Part shown: positions 17,298 to 27,275 of the stretch, in pieces
How the letters are laid out: each line of letters starts with the position of its first letter
Numbering within the stretch: the first letter of the stretch is position 1
Source of the DNA: an uncultured Lachnospiraceae bacterium
Lineage (GTDB): Bacteria; Bacillota; Clostridia; Oscillospirales; CAG-272
DNA: 64,000 bases
Assembly: GCA_964570105.1 (NCBI GenBank)
Contig: CAZMWM010000001.1
Coordinates: 7,803-71,802 of the forward strand
Direction of reading: 5' to 3'
Translations under genes and position numbers: made by a program
Notes under the pieces: generated by a model
What the model was told of the DNA's origin: nothing
Databases searched by the model: none
Seen by the model: the letters and a program-made list of their open reading frames with translations, nothing else

Positions 17298-19379
17298 TTA
17301 TTCGGAGATGCTGTCAAGGTATTCACCGAGATCGCGAAGCAACGTCTCCGTCCTTATGCTTGCACCCTCAAGGGTGCAGTGCCATATGCTGTCATAAAAA
17401 TATTCGTGCGCATATACGTAATCTCCGACATTCGATATCACCGGATATTTCAGCTTTTCCGAAAAATATTTAGTGCAGTGATCGTACGCCGCCTGATTTC
17501 TGCTACCCTCAGCCACCGCCCCTATATCGAGCGTGGGAAAGCTTCCGAGCATGATACCGCCCTTTGAGACTATGATATCGTTCACTTCGTTGAGCCGAGC
17601 GGCGTTAACGTCGCTGAGATAGCTTCCCGGAGATAAGAAATTATAATTTCCACTCGCGGTAAATCCCCTGTTCGTGATCCTGTTCGTAACAAGATCTCCG
17701 TATTCGTTCATGCTTGAAACGGCACACTGATAATCGTATTCGACATTTCCGCGAATTCCCTGAGCTTCCTTGTACGCTCCCCAGAAATTCGTAAATTCCG
17801 TCATATCCACCTCGCGGAATATGTCATAGCACTGCTCGTTTGCCCTAAATAGCTTCCACTCGATCCTGTTGCTTCCGAGCGTCGTCCCTCCGTATTCCCC
17901 GGCGTGGATCACGATATCCCCTTCACCCACGTAATTGGCGATGACCTTAAGATAGAAATAGCTCGGTGTTCCGGCGTTCGTACCGTAATTCACTATCGTA
18001 TGGTCGGGATAAGCCTCCTGAAAACGTTCGCTCAGCATACCGTTAAGAGTCGAGGAGCCGGATACCACGACCAGCATCTTGCCGGGAGCGGTCTTTACCC
18101 GCTCGTACTTTATGCAGAATGCACCTTCGGCTTCCTTGCTGTAATACGGCAGACGCTGTGAGTTCAGCACTACCGTCGAAAGCTTTCCGCAACCGTTGAA
18201 CGAATCGTTCGAGACCTCGGTCACCCCGTCAAACAGCACGAGCTGCTTCAACCTCGAACAACCCTTGAACGCATCGTTCGCCACTGTCTTGACGGTATCG
18301 GGAAGCACCACCGTCTTTAGAGCCGTGCTTAAGAACGCATTACCGAGAACAGCGACGACGGGCTTACCGTTATAAGACTCGGGAATGACCGCCAAGGAGC
18401 CTTTACCACTGAAAAAGCTCAGAGCATAACCCTCTCCGTACGCTTGGAATTTCAGCTCACTGTTCGGGGAGACCTTAGCCCAGACAACCCAAAGCTCGAG
18501 ATATCCGGTATCCTGCGGCACGACGCAGACACCGCCCATATTCGAAAAACCGGGTATATCGTTCACGGTAGTGTAATCCTCAAAAACGACAGGCTCGGTG
18601 CTGTACCCCACAGCTATGTATCCTTCACGCGTAAACGTCCCATTGGAATGGAGCGTATTACGGCAGGTATATTGACTTTTGGCGGCAACGGAAACGGTGA
18701 GCCGATCTCCCCCACTCTCCGTCACCGTACCTCCGTTTGCATGGTAGGTGATGTAATGCTGATCCGCAATGTCGTAATTGGCGTACAGCTTCACGCTCTC
18801 GGTCATTTCGAACGAATATTCAAGCTCTTCACTTATCAAGGTACCGCCATCCATGAGGTACGAGCCGACAGACCAGCCGATAAAGCTGTATACCGGCGTC
18901 TCCTGCGCGGTAACGACAGCAGTATCGCCGACATTGTAGCATCCGCCGTACTCGGAGTTGTCACTCACCAGCATAGAGAGCGGAGCTTTGCATTCGAGCA
19001 AGAGCATCTTACTCGGGCATATCGTATAAAATTCGACCGTGGTCGGGTACTTTAAATTATAAAGCACGAGGGTGCCGCTGGATTCACTGTACCGAGCGTT
19101 CGCCGAATTTCCCAGGTAGACGTAGCCGTCCTTGATGTTGACCTTAAATTCAACACTCTTTCCGGGAGACACCTCAACGGAGGACGCACCCTGTATCTCG
19201 ATCCCGTCGCTCTCCTTGATGCTCACACGTATCTTCGGCAAGCTCTCTTCCCCGTGCGTCGTCTGCTCAAATAAGCACGACGACAAAAGACAGACCGCCG
19301 CCAAGGCGGCAAGCGACCATACAAGTGCGATACACACCCGACAGAGACGACGTTTCGATACATACACAGCTCTTCTCAT
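17298..19379 (-). CDS. Lipoprotein: Listeria/Bacteroides-repeat and BspA-type LRR domains plus SGNH/DltD-like domain (paralogue of the 13211-15394 catalytic domain)
   Basis: Has a signal peptide with lipobox LLSSC (Cys35). A B-repeat-like block reads YHANGGT...REGYIAVGYSTEP. The LRR_5 block is GNAFLSTALKTVVLPDTVKTVANDAFKGCSRLKQL. The SGSS block is at aa 440-443 and YDSIWH at aa 662-667. These catalytic blocks align with the 727-aa protein. Confidence 0.8.
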   Translation of the reverse strand: MRRAVYVSKRRLCRVCIALVWSLAALAAVCLLSSCLFEQTTHGEESLPKIRVSIKESDGIEIQGASSVEVSPGKSVEFKVNIKDGYVYLGNSANARYSESSGTLVLYNLKYPTTVEFYTICPSKMLLLECKAPLSMLVSDNSEYGGCYNVGDTAVVTAQETPVYSFIGWSVGSYLMDGGTLISEELEYSFEMTESVKLYANYDIADQHYITYHANGGTVTESGGDRLTVSVAAKSQYTCRNTLHSNGTFTREGYIAVGYSTEPVVFEDYTTVNDIPGFSNMGGVCVVPQDTGYLELWVVWAKVSPNSELKFQAYGEGYALSFFSGKGSLAVIPESYNGKPVVAVLGNAFLSTALKTVVLPDTVKTVANDAFKGCSRLKQLVLFDGVTEVSNDSFNGCGKLSTVVLNSQRLPYYSKEAEGAFCIKYERVKTAPGKMLVVVSGSSTLNGMLSERFQEAYPDHTIVNYGTNAGTPSYFYLKVIANYVGEGDIVIHAGEYGGTTLGSNRIEWKLFRANEQCYDIFREVDMTEFTNFWGAYKEAQGIRGNVEYDYQCAVSSMNEYGDLVTNRITNRGFTASGNYNFLSPGSYLSDVNAARLNEVNDIIVSKGGIMLGSFPTLDIGAVAEGSRNQAAYDHCTKYFSEKLKYPVISNVGDYVYAHEYFYDSIWHCTLEGASIRTETLLRDLGEYLDSISE

Positions 19380-19476
19380 ATGCGCAAGCTCCCTTTCAGA
19401 TGGCAGGACGATCTACATTATATCCAAATACCGCCATCATTGCCGAAGTTTAAGTTTATAAGTAATAGCTGTACTG

Positions 19477-19505
19477 ATTATACATTATTTATCGCTGTTT
19501 GTCAA
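19477..19505 (-). promoter_or_regulatory. Consensus sigma70 promoter for the MBOAT operon
   Basis: The minus strand reads TTGACA, a 17-nt spacer, then TATAAT. On the plus strand tgtcaa is at 19500-19505 and attata at 19477-19482. Confidence 0.55.
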
Positions 19506-19719
19506 TGATTTTGTGATAATTTTTCGTCTTTTTGCCCCACAACGTTTCCGAGGCACGATTTGTTTTGTTAAATTTAAACAAATCCCCCGCTTCAACGTCC
19601 GCGCCGAAGCTCAGACATCTCATCTGTCCGCGTCCGGATCCCGAGCTATTTACAGCAAATCTGTACATAACATCACAAAAAATTTCGCGTAATACGGTAC
19701 ACTTTTTTTCAAAAACCCC

Positions 19720-19748
19720 TTGACAAAACAAAAAAAGTGTGGTATGAT
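19720..19748 (+). promoter_or_regulatory. Sigma70 promoter for infC-rpmI-rplT
   Basis: TTGACA (19720-19725), a 17-nt spacer, then an extended -10 TGgTATGAT (19740-19748). Confidence 0.55.
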
Positions 19749-19749
19749 A

Positions 19750-19917
19750 ATGCAGTAAAAAGAAGCAGAACGCTCTGTTCTCACCTCACGACGCTAAAGT
19801 CCAAGGGTAAAGATCGACCGCACGTATGCGTTACGTGTGTGTTGCTTTGCGGTGAAGTTCTGTTTCTTTACCGCTTTTTTGTTTTCAAAACTCAATGAGA
19901 CTTGGAGGTGTTTCACT
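19750..19917 (+). promoter_or_regulatory. Putative L20-leader-type 5' UTR with attenuator hairpin
   Basis: A ~165-nt leader upstream of infC. It contains the hairpin gcggtgaag...ctttaccgc (19848-19873) followed by a T-run (19874-19885). The position and terminator logic match the Firmicute L20 leader, but I cannot verify the covariance model by eye. Confidence 0.45.
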
Positions 19918-20472
19918 ATTATTAAGAACTCTAATTCTAACGGAAAAGAGCATGAGATCAACGACGCTATCGGCTTTCCCGATAATAAAAATGTCCGTTT
20001 GATATCGGACGGTGGAGAGCAGTTTGGCATAATGACCTTTTCTAAGGCGCTCGCACTCGCATACGAGCGTGATCTTGACTTGGTGCTTATGAGCGCTCAG
20101 TCCGATCCGCCGGTATGCAAGCTTATGGATTACGGCAAATACCGTTTTGAGCGCGACAAGAAGGAAAAGGAAGCCAAAAAGAAGCAAAAGACCGTAGAGA
20201 TCAAGGAGATACAGCTCACTTGCCTTATCGATACGAACGATCTTAACACGAAGATAAATCATGCTCGCCGCTTTCTCGCAGACGGAAACAGAGTTCGTGT
20301 CATGGTGAAGTTCAGAGGACGCCAGATGGCGCGTCAGGAAGGCGGACACCAGCTCCTTGAGCGTTTCTGTGCCGCATGCGCAGATCTCGGCTCACCGGAA
20401 AAGGCTCCGGTTTTTGAAGGCAGGAATATGATCACGTTTATAGCTCCGGTCAAGCAGACCGCGGCAAAATGA
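19918..20472 (+). CDS. infC: Translation initiation factor IF-3
   Basis: The IF-3 sequence reads IIKNS...EINDAIGFPDNKNVRLISDGGEQFGIM...VCKLMDYGKYRFE. ATT codons lie at 19918 and 19921, 7-10 nt after GGAGGTG (19904-19910). A non-AUG (AUU) start is the known autoregulatory feature of infC. The track's upstream ATG 19837 extension is Cys/Phe-rich nonsense. Confidence 0.9.
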   Translation: MIKNSNSNGKEHEINDAIGFPDNKNVRLISDGGEQFGIMTFSKALALAYERDLDLVLMSAQSDPPVCKLMDYGKYRFERDKKEKEAKKKQKTVEIKEIQLTCLIDTNDLNTKINHARRFLADGNRVRVMVKFRGRQMARQEGGHQLLERFCAACADLGSPEKAPVFEGRNMITFIAPVKQTAAK

Positions 20473-20486
20473 AAGGAGATCCAGTA

Positions 20487-20681
20487 ATGGGAAAGATCAA
20501 AACGCACAGTGCATCATCCAAAAGATTCTCTGTAACCAAAGGCGGCAAGGTGAAGTTCAACCATATGAACCGCCGTCATAAGCTTGGACACAAGACGTCG
20601 AAACGCAAGAGAGATCTGCGTCAGAACGCTTACATGAGCGAAGCAATGGCATCCAACATCAAAGCGATGCTCCCTCGCTGA
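20487..20681 (+). CDS. rpmI: 50S ribosomal protein L35
   Basis: Sequence MGKIKTHSASSKRF...KRKR. An RBS (aaaggaga) precedes ATG 20487. Confidence 0.9.
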   Translation: MGKIKTHSASSKRFSVTKGGKVKFNHMNRRHKLGHKTSKRKRDLRQNAYMSEAMASNIKAMLPR

Positions 20682-20712
20682 GCTTTTACAAATACAGAGG
20701 AGGATTTTTTAA

Positions 20713-21066
20713 ATGGCAAGAGTTAAAGGCGCTGTTATGACGCGCAAGAGAAGAAATAAAGTTCTTAAGGCAGCAAAGGGTTATTGGGGCGCAAAGTCCA
20801 AGCATTTCAGAATGGCTAAGCAAGCCGTTATGAAGAGCGGAAACTACGCTTTCATCGGCAGAAAGAGCAAGAAGAGAGACTTCCGCCGTCTGTGGATCAC
20901 CAGAATTTCCGCACAGGCTAAGGTAAACGGTCTCAACTATTCCACGTTCGTATGCGGACTTAAAAAAGCCGGTATTGACCTCAATCGCAAGATGCTTTCC
21001 GAGATCGCCATTGCTGACAAGGCGGCGTTCGCTGAGCTTTGCGACAAAGCAAAGGCGGCTCTTTAA
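20713..21066 (+). CDS. rplT: 50S ribosomal protein L20
   Basis: Sequence [29 protein letters not shown]... Confidence 0.95.
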   Translation: MARVKGAVMTRKRRNKVLKAAKGYWGAKSKHFRMAKQAVMKSGNYAFIGRKSKKRDFRRLWITRISAQAKVNGLNYSTFVCGLKKAGIDLNRKMLSEIAIADKAAFAELCDKAKAAL

Positions 21067-21080
21067 TTTCATATTCACAT

Positions 21081-21123
21081 CGGGGGAGAGTCGCTTGGCG
21101 GCATCCCCCGTTTGTTGGTTTTT
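21081..21123 (+). terminator. Rho-independent terminator after rplT
   Basis: Stem cggggga (21081-87) with tcccccg (21104-10), followed by tttgttggttttt. Confidence 0.6.
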
Positions 21124-21170
21124 ACGTCCGCCCGCCGCGTGACCGCGATAACGCTTGAAAGTGAGACGAT

Positions 21171-21971
21171 ATGAATAAAGAACGAATAACATCACGCTCA
21201 AATCCGTACATAAAGGAGCTTGTCTCGCTCTCGGAGCGTAAGAACCGACTTGCCGCCTCTAAATTCTTTTTCGAGGGCAGGAAGCTCTTCTGCGAGGCTC
21301 TCGAAAACAATGTGGAGCTTGAAGCGGTGCTTATGACCGAAAGTATTTTTAACGAATACGAAAAATTTGACTATCCATTCAGACATATTTGCGTAACAGA
21401 TGACGTATACGCCAAAATTTCCTCGGAAAAATCTCCCGAAGGAATATTCTGTGTCGCAAAAACACTTGACAAATTACATATTTTAAATATAATATATAGT
21501 AGCCATACCAAAGAGAGCATTTTGATACTTGACGGACTCAGGGATCCCGGAAACGTCGGCACGGTGCTTCGCACAGCGGCGGCGTTCGGTTGCGATACCG
21601 TGATCCTTTCGGCAGACTGCGCGGATATATATAATCCGAGGACGTTGCGCGCCGCGATGGGAGCGGTGTTCCGTCAAAGGACCGTAACGGTCAGCGATCT
21701 GCCAAAAACGTTAACGTCGCTTCGCGAAAGCGGTAAAAAGGTATACAGTGCCGCGCTCGGCGACGTTTCGCTGAAGCTCGGAGATATCACCGTATCCCCC
21801 GACACCTGTTTCGTCATAGGAAACGAGGGCAACGGAGTACGCGACGAGGTCATAGCGGCATCGGACGGTACAGTGCTCATCCCCATGCAAGCCGGCTGCG
21901 AGTCGCTCAACGCTTCCGCCGCCGCCACAGTGCTCCTATGGGAGCAATACAAAAGCCGAGGCTTTGAATGA
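21171..21971 (+). CDS. TrmH/SpoU-family RNA 2'-O-methyltransferase (RlmB-like)
   Basis: Has an N-terminal substrate-binding region (NPYIKEL) and SPOUT motifs: DGLRDPGNVGTVLRTA, VIGNEGNGV and ESLNASAAATVLLWE. Confidence 0.85.
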   Translation: MNKERITSRSNPYIKELVSLSERKNRLAASKFFFEGRKLFCEALENNVELEAVLMTESIFNEYEKFDYPFRHICVTDDVYAKISSEKSPEGIFCVAKTLDKLHILNIIYSSHTKESILILDGLRDPGNVGTVLRTAAAFGCDTVILSADCADIYNPRTLRAAMGAVFRQRTVTVSDLPKTLTSLRESGKKVYSAALGDVSLKLGDITVSPDTCFVIGNEGNGVRDEVIAASDGTVLIPMQAGCESLNASAAATVLLWEQYKSRGFE

Positions 21972-22121
21972 TATTCCGTTTTTTCGGACATTCAAAAGCG
22001 TTCAAACTGTCGCCGCATATGCGACGATACTGCCACCGGTCACACCTTCAACACCAAGCGTACGGGGGATAACGCTTTACACCGCGTACGTGCACTTAAG
22101 GTAAAGCTCAAAATCTTATTT

Positions 22122-23582
22122 TTGAAAGGACATCTCAAAATGTTCGACAAAAGGTACTGGATATGGCTCAGTCTCGCATTTGACGTCGCGGACGCCGTTT
22201 CGGACAAGCTGTTGTTCGATTTCGGCGGAGATCCCGAAGCGATATATCGCGCTTCGTATCTCGCTCTCAAAAGATCTATTCCAAACGAACATAACGTTCT
22301 GCGTAAATTGATCGAAAAGGACCTGCATACGGCAGATAGGATTCTTGATTTCTGCGAGGTGAATAATATCGGCATCCTCACTCAGGACAGCCGCCGTTAT
22401 CCCCCTTCCCTCCTATCCATACGCGGCAGACCTATCGTACTGTATTACAAAGGCTCACTTCCCGATTTTTCGGATAGGCTCGCCATCGCCGTGGTCGGAA
22501 CACGACGCGTTTCGGATTACGGAAGCAACGCCGCCTACTCCATATCTTACGATCTTGCAAAAAACGGAGCGATCGTCGTTAGCGGAATGGCATTGGGAAC
22601 AGACGGAGCCGCTCACCACGGCGCACTCGATGCGTTGGGCACGACGGTCGCCGTTCTCGGCTCGGGTATCGACGTCGTATATCCGAGATCCAACGCCGAG
22701 CTTTACGATGAGCTTACGCTTAACGGTACCGTGATCACCGAATTCCCGCCGCAATCTCGCCCGGAGGGCTGGCATTTTCCTCAGCGTAACCGCATCATAA
22801 GCGGTCTTTCATCGGGTATACTCGTAGTTGAAGCGGCGGAAAAGAGCGGCTCTCTCATCACCGCCGATCACGCAAAAAAGCAAGGACGGATGATCTATGC
22901 CGTTCCGGGAAAGGTCGGGGAGCTTGCAAGTCTCGGCACGAATAATCTTATCCGCGACGGGGCGAAGGTGGTCACCTGCGCCGACGACATCCTCAAGGAT
23001 TTTTCGGCGCTCTATCAGTGCCATGCCGACAAGTCGTCCGGAGCGAAGCATCCCCACCGGAAGCCCGGAGCTGAGCTTCGGGTATCCGAGCCGGTAGTTT
23101 CGGTAACGCTCGCACAGCAAAAGAAGCCACCGAACAGATCGAGCGGATATATGTCCGCGGAGGTGGATCCAAAGCTTGAAGCCGCCGGACAGGCGAAGCG
23201 GAAGCGTGAGGAGATTAAGCCATCCCCCGAATTGGAATATCCGCCAAAAACTCCCAACAAACACGGTTTCGGTATGGTGGGATTTTGGAATAATAACGAA
23301 AGCGAAAGCGCGACCGGCAACGGCGCACTGAGAGGTACGACCGCACTCACCTCCGATGACCGCAGTGCTTCGGCATCCGGCTCTGCTTCTCCGCGTGATT
23401 TCCCCGGTCTTTCCGAGAACGAACGCCGCATCATTGATTTTATAGTCTCGCACGAAAAAGCAAACGCGGACGAGCTGACGTTGCTCGATATCCCGGCGCA
23501 CGTCATCTCTTCAAGACTCACGCTCCTTGAGATAAAGGGGCTGATAGAATGCACCGATGACGGATATTATCACTTAATTTAA
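22122..23582 (+). CDS. dprA: DNA-processing protein DprA with long disordered insertion
   Basis: Rossmann-like core: AVVGTRR, VSGMALGTDGAAH and EFPP...HFPQRNRIISGLS. A C-terminal winged helix reads ERRIIDFI...LLEIKGLI. The start could instead be ATG 22140. Confidence 0.85.
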   Translation: MKGHLKMFDKRYWIWLSLAFDVADAVSDKLLFDFGGDPEAIYRASYLALKRSIPNEHNVLRKLIEKDLHTADRILDFCEVNNIGILTQDSRRYPPSLLSIRGRPIVLYYKGSLPDFSDRLAIAVVGTRRVSDYGSNAAYSISYDLAKNGAIVVSGMALGTDGAAHHGALDALGTTVAVLGSGIDVVYPRSNAELYDELTLNGTVITEFPPQSRPEGWHFPQRNRIISGLSSGILVVEAAEKSGSLITADHAKKQGRMIYAVPGKVGELASLGTNNLIRDGAKVVTCADDILKDFSALYQCHADKSSGAKHPHRKPGAELRVSEPVVSVTLAQQKKPPNRSSGYMSAEVDPKLEAAGQAKRKREEIKPSPELEYPPKTPNKHGFGMVGFWNNNESESATGNGALRGTTALTSDDRSASASGSASPRDFPGLSENERRIIDFIVSHEKANADELTLLDIPAHVISSRLTLLEIKGLIECTDDGYYHLI

Positions 23583-23622
23583 GCAGATCCAAGCATCTCC
23601 ACCAAGAAAGGAACTTTTATAT

Positions 23623-25893
23623 ATGGCAAATCTCGTGATACTTGAGTCGCCCTTCAAGGCGACGAGCATTAAAAATTATCTCGGCTCAGGCTATAAGGTG
23701 ATAGCCTGTCAGGGACATATACGCGATCTCCCCAAGAGCACGCTCGGCGTGGATGTCGAAGGCGGCTTCGTTCCGCATTATATCAATATACGCGGAAAGG
23801 GAGACCTCATAGCCTCGCTGAAAAAAGAGGCAAAGTCCGCAAGCAAGATATATCTCGCAACCGACCCTGACCGTGAGGGAGAGGCGATAGCTTGGCATCT
23901 CGCCACCGCATTGAAGCTCCCGATAGAGGAAACGAAGCGAGTAACCTTTAACGAGATAACGAAGAGCGCGGTAAAAGCCGCGATAAAATCACCGCGCAAC
24001 ATCGATATGCAGCTCGTCGATTCACAGCAGGCGCGCAGGATACTTGACAGGATAGTCGGATACAAGCTGAGTCCGTTCCTTTGGAAAACGGTCAAGAGCG
24101 GACTTTCCGCAGGTCGCGTCCAATCCGTTGCAACAAGGATAATCTGCGAACGCGAGGACGAGATAAGGCGTTTCGTGCCCGATGAATATTGGCTTCTTGA
24201 CGCTTCCTTTATCGGAGAAAGCTCCCAGACCGTCAAGGCAAGATTTTACGGACTCGCTTCAAAAGGCTCAAAGCTCGAACTTAAGACCTCAGAGCAGACC
24301 AAAAGCATCGTGAGCGCGCTGAAGAACGCGGAATTTACCGTCAGCTCCGTGAAGAGATCGGTAAGACAAAAGCTCCCGTCTCCTCCCTTCAACACCTCGT
24401 CCATGCAGCAGGAGGCATACAAAAAGCTGAATTTCCAATCCCAATACACCATGCGTATAGCTCAGGAGCTGTACGAGGGCGTCAACCTCGGAAGCGAGAA
24501 CGGCGGTATCACCGGTCTTATAACCTATATGCGTACCGACTCGCTCCGCATATCCTCCGAGGCTTCGACGGCGACCAAAGCGTTTATTACCGAAAAGTAC
24601 GGAGAAGGATACGCACCGGAACAGCCGAGAGTTTACAGGTCGCGCGATAACGCACAGGATGCGCACGAAGCCATCCGACCGACAGACGTTACGCTTGAGC
24701 CGGATACGGTCAAAAAATATCTCTCCTCCGGTCAGTATAAGCTCTACAAGCTGATCTGGAGCCGTTACGTGGCAAGCCAGATGTCAAATGCAGAGCTTGA
24801 TACCGTCACCGCCGACATCAAAGCCGGAGATCATATATTCCGTACCAGCGGTTATATCGTGAAATTCAACGGTTATATGGCGGTCTACGACGCAGGCGAG
24901 GACGGCTCCGACGAGTCCGAAAAAAACCGTATTCCGGCTATCTCGGAGGGCGAGAAGCTCACTCTTAAGGAATTGACTCCGGCTCAGAAATTCACCGAGC
25001 CGCCGGCAAGATATAACGAGGCTACCCTCATAAAATTCCTCGAGGAAAAGGGCATCGGACGTCCGTCCACATTCGTTCCGATAATCTCGACGATCATCTC
25101 GAGAGGTTATGTCAAGCGCGACAAGCATTCGCTTATCCCGACCTCTCTCGGTGAGATAACTACCAAGCTGATGCTGGAGAATTTCCCCGACGTCGTAGAC
25201 TATAAATTCACCGCACAGATGGAGGATCGCCTCGACAGCATATCCGAGGGCGAAAGCACGATGTACGAGGTGCTCAACAGCTTTTATGACGGATTTGCCA
25301 AAAATTTAGAGACCGCATTTGAAAAAGCCAAGGAGCTGTCCGTCAACGTACCGGCTGAACAGACCGATATAATATGCGATAAATGCGGTAGCACCATGAT
25401 AGTCAAGAACGGACGCTACGGAAAATTTGCCGCATGCCCCAATTATCCCGAATGCAAGAACACCAAGCCCCTCGACAGCTCCGGAAAGCCCAAGCAGGAA
25501 GCACCCGAGCCTGAGCCGACGGGACTAAAGTGCGAGCTTTGCGGCGGAGCACTCGTTCTCAGAAACGGACGCTATGGCTCTTTCTATGCCTGCGAGAACT
25601 TCCCGAAATGCAAATTCACCAAGCAGCTCACCAAGGATACAGGCGTGGCGTGCCCCAAGTGCGGAGCAAAGATCGTCACAAAGCACGGCAAGAACAACAC
25701 CTTCTTCTACAGTTGCGAGAAATACCCCGAATGTGATTTTTCGTCTTGGGATCAACCGATGAAGGAGCGTTGCCCCGAATGCGGAGGGCTGATGCTGAAA
25801 AAGAAGGGCAAAGCGACCGTTTACTGTATGAATAAGGAATGCGGTCACACGGAGACTGCTCCGACCGATACGGAGAATGTGCCCAATGAATGA
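23623..25893 (+). CDS. topA: DNA topoisomerase I
   Basis: Has a Toprim N-terminus ([23 protein letters not shown]), the active-site region YMRTDS and several C-terminal CxxC Zn ribbons. Confidence 0.95.
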   Translation: MANLVILESPFKATSIKNYLGSGYKVIACQGHIRDLPKSTLGVDVEGGFVPHYINIRGKGDLIASLKKEAKSASKIYLATDPDREGEAIAWHLATALKLPIEETKRVTFNEITKSAVKAAIKSPRNIDMQLVDSQQARRILDRIVGYKLSPFLWKTVKSGLSAGRVQSVATRIICEREDEIRRFVPDEYWLLDASFIGESSQTVKARFYGLASKGSKLELKTSEQTKSIVSALKNAEFTVSSVKRSVRQKLPSPPFNTSSMQQEAYKKLNFQSQYTMRIAQELYEGVNLGSENGGITGLITYMRTDSLRISSEASTATKAFITEKYGEGYAPEQPRVYRSRDNAQDAHEAIRPTDVTLEPDTVKKYLSSGQYKLYKLIWSRYVASQMSNAELDTVTADIKAGDHIFRTSGYIVKFNGYMAVYDAGEDGSDESEKNRIPAISEGEKLTLKELTPAQKFTEPPARYNEATLIKFLEEKGIGRPSTFVPIISTIISRGYVKRDKHSLIPTSLGEITTKLMLENFPDVVDYKFTAQMEDRLDSISEGESTMYEVLNSFYDGFAKNLETAFEKAKELSVNVPAEQTDIICDKCGSTMIVKNGRYGKFAACPNYPECKNTKPLDSSGKPKQEAPEPEPTGLKCELCGGALVLRNGRYGSFYACENFPKCKFTKQLTKDTGVACPKCGAKIVTKHGKNNTFFYSCEKYPECDFSSWDQPMKERCPECGGLMLKKKGKATVYCMNKECGHTETAPTDTENVPNE

Positions 25894-27220
25894 TAACGGA
25901 CGCAACGTAATGGTGATAGGCGCCGGGCTTGCCGGATGTGAGGCGGCTTATCAGATCGCCAAGCGCGGAGTTGAGGTCACCCTTTACGAGATGAAGCCGT
26001 CGCGCAAAACTCCGGCACACCGCTCCGAGGGGTTTGCAGAGCTTGTATGCTCAAATTCCCTTCGCTCGTCACAGCTCACGAATGCCGCAGGACTGCTTAA
26101 AGAAGAGCTTCGCCGCTGTGACTCCTTGATAATGAGAGCCGCAGATGCTTGCTCCGTCCCGGCAGGTGCGGCGTTAGCGGTAGACCGTGACCTGTTTTCC
26201 GAATTTATCACCAAGGAAATAAAAAGCTCCCCTCTCATAACCGTTGTGGAACGCGAGGTCACCGCATTGCCCACCGAGGGCGTAAGGGTGGTGGCAAGCG
26301 GTCCACTCACCTCCGACGCTCTTGCAAAAAGCATATCGGAATATTTCGGTGATAACGGTCTGAGCTTTTTCGATGCGGCGGCGCCTATAGTCGACGCACA
26401 GAGCATCGATCTTTCGATAGCGTTTGCTCAGTCAAGATACGGCAAGGGCGACGCGGATTACCTCAACTGCCCAATGGATAAGGAGCAGTACCTCGCTTTT
26501 TACGATGCACTCCTTCACGCGGAAGTAGCCAAGCTTCACGATTTTGACACTGAGGCTCAACGCGAGTTTACGGTTTTCGAGGGATGTATGCCGGTCGAGG
26601 TGATGGCGTCAAGAGGTGTGGACACCCTGCGCTTCGGACCGATGAAGCCCGTCGGTCTTACCGATCCGCGTACCGGAAAAGAGCCGTACGCCTGCGTTCA
26701 GCTTCGCGCGGAAAATAAGGAAAAGACTATGTTCAATCTGGTCGGATTTCAAACGCATCTCACCGTAAGCGAGCAGAAACGCGTTTTCCGTATGATCCCG
26801 GGACTTGAAAACGCCGAGATATTGCGTTACGGCGTGATGCACAGAAACACCTACCTTAATTCTCCGGAGCTTCTAAGCGAAACGTATTCCGCCCGAAGGG
26901 ATCCCACGCTCTTCTTCGCCGGTCAGATGACCGGAGTGGAAGGATATATCGAGTCGGCAGGCTCCGGTCTCGTTGCCGGTATAAATGCGGCGCTCACCGT
27001 CTCAGGGGGGCGCGAAGCGGTCTTTCCGGACACCACGGAGCTGGGCGCAATGGCAAAGTATATATCGAGCGGCAACGGCGGAAAATTCCAGCCGATGAAC
27101 GCAAATTTCGGCATAATACGTCCGCTGGAAAAGAAGGTCAAGGGTGGAAAGAGCGCACGAAATCAGGCACTTTCCGAACGCGCACTCGCATCTCTCGAGG
27201 AATTTTGGGGGACGCTCTGA
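25877..27220 (+). CDS. trmFO: Methylenetetrahydrofolate-tRNA-(uracil54-C5)-methyltransferase
   Basis: Has the [17 protein letters not shown] motif and the [10 protein letters not shown] and [18 protein letters not shown] blocks. The start is ambiguous (25877, 25886 or 25910). Confidence 0.9.
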   Translation: MCPMNDNGRNVMVIGAGLAGCEAAYQIAKRGVEVTLYEMKPSRKTPAHRSEGFAELVCSNSLRSSQLTNAAGLLKEELRRCDSLIMRAADACSVPAGAALAVDRDLFSEFITKEIKSSPLITVVEREVTALPTEGVRVVASGPLTSDALAKSISEYFGDNGLSFFDAAAPIVDAQSIDLSIAFAQSRYGKGDADYLNCPMDKEQYLAFYDALLHAEVAKLHDFDTEAQREFTVFEGCMPVEVMASRGVDTLRFGPMKPVGLTDPRTGKEPYACVQLRAENKEKTMFNLVGFQTHLTVSEQKRVFRMIPGLENAEILRYGVMHRNTYLNSPELLSETYSARRDPTLFFAGQMTGVEGYIESAGSGLVAGINAALTVSGGREAVFPDTTELGAMAKYISSGNGGKFQPMNANFGIIRPLEKKVKGGKSARNQALSERALASLEEFWGTL

Positions 27221-27275
27221 CGGACGCGCGGATATACAGTCACGCACGAAAAGAAAGGATGCTTTTGAAAGTAAA

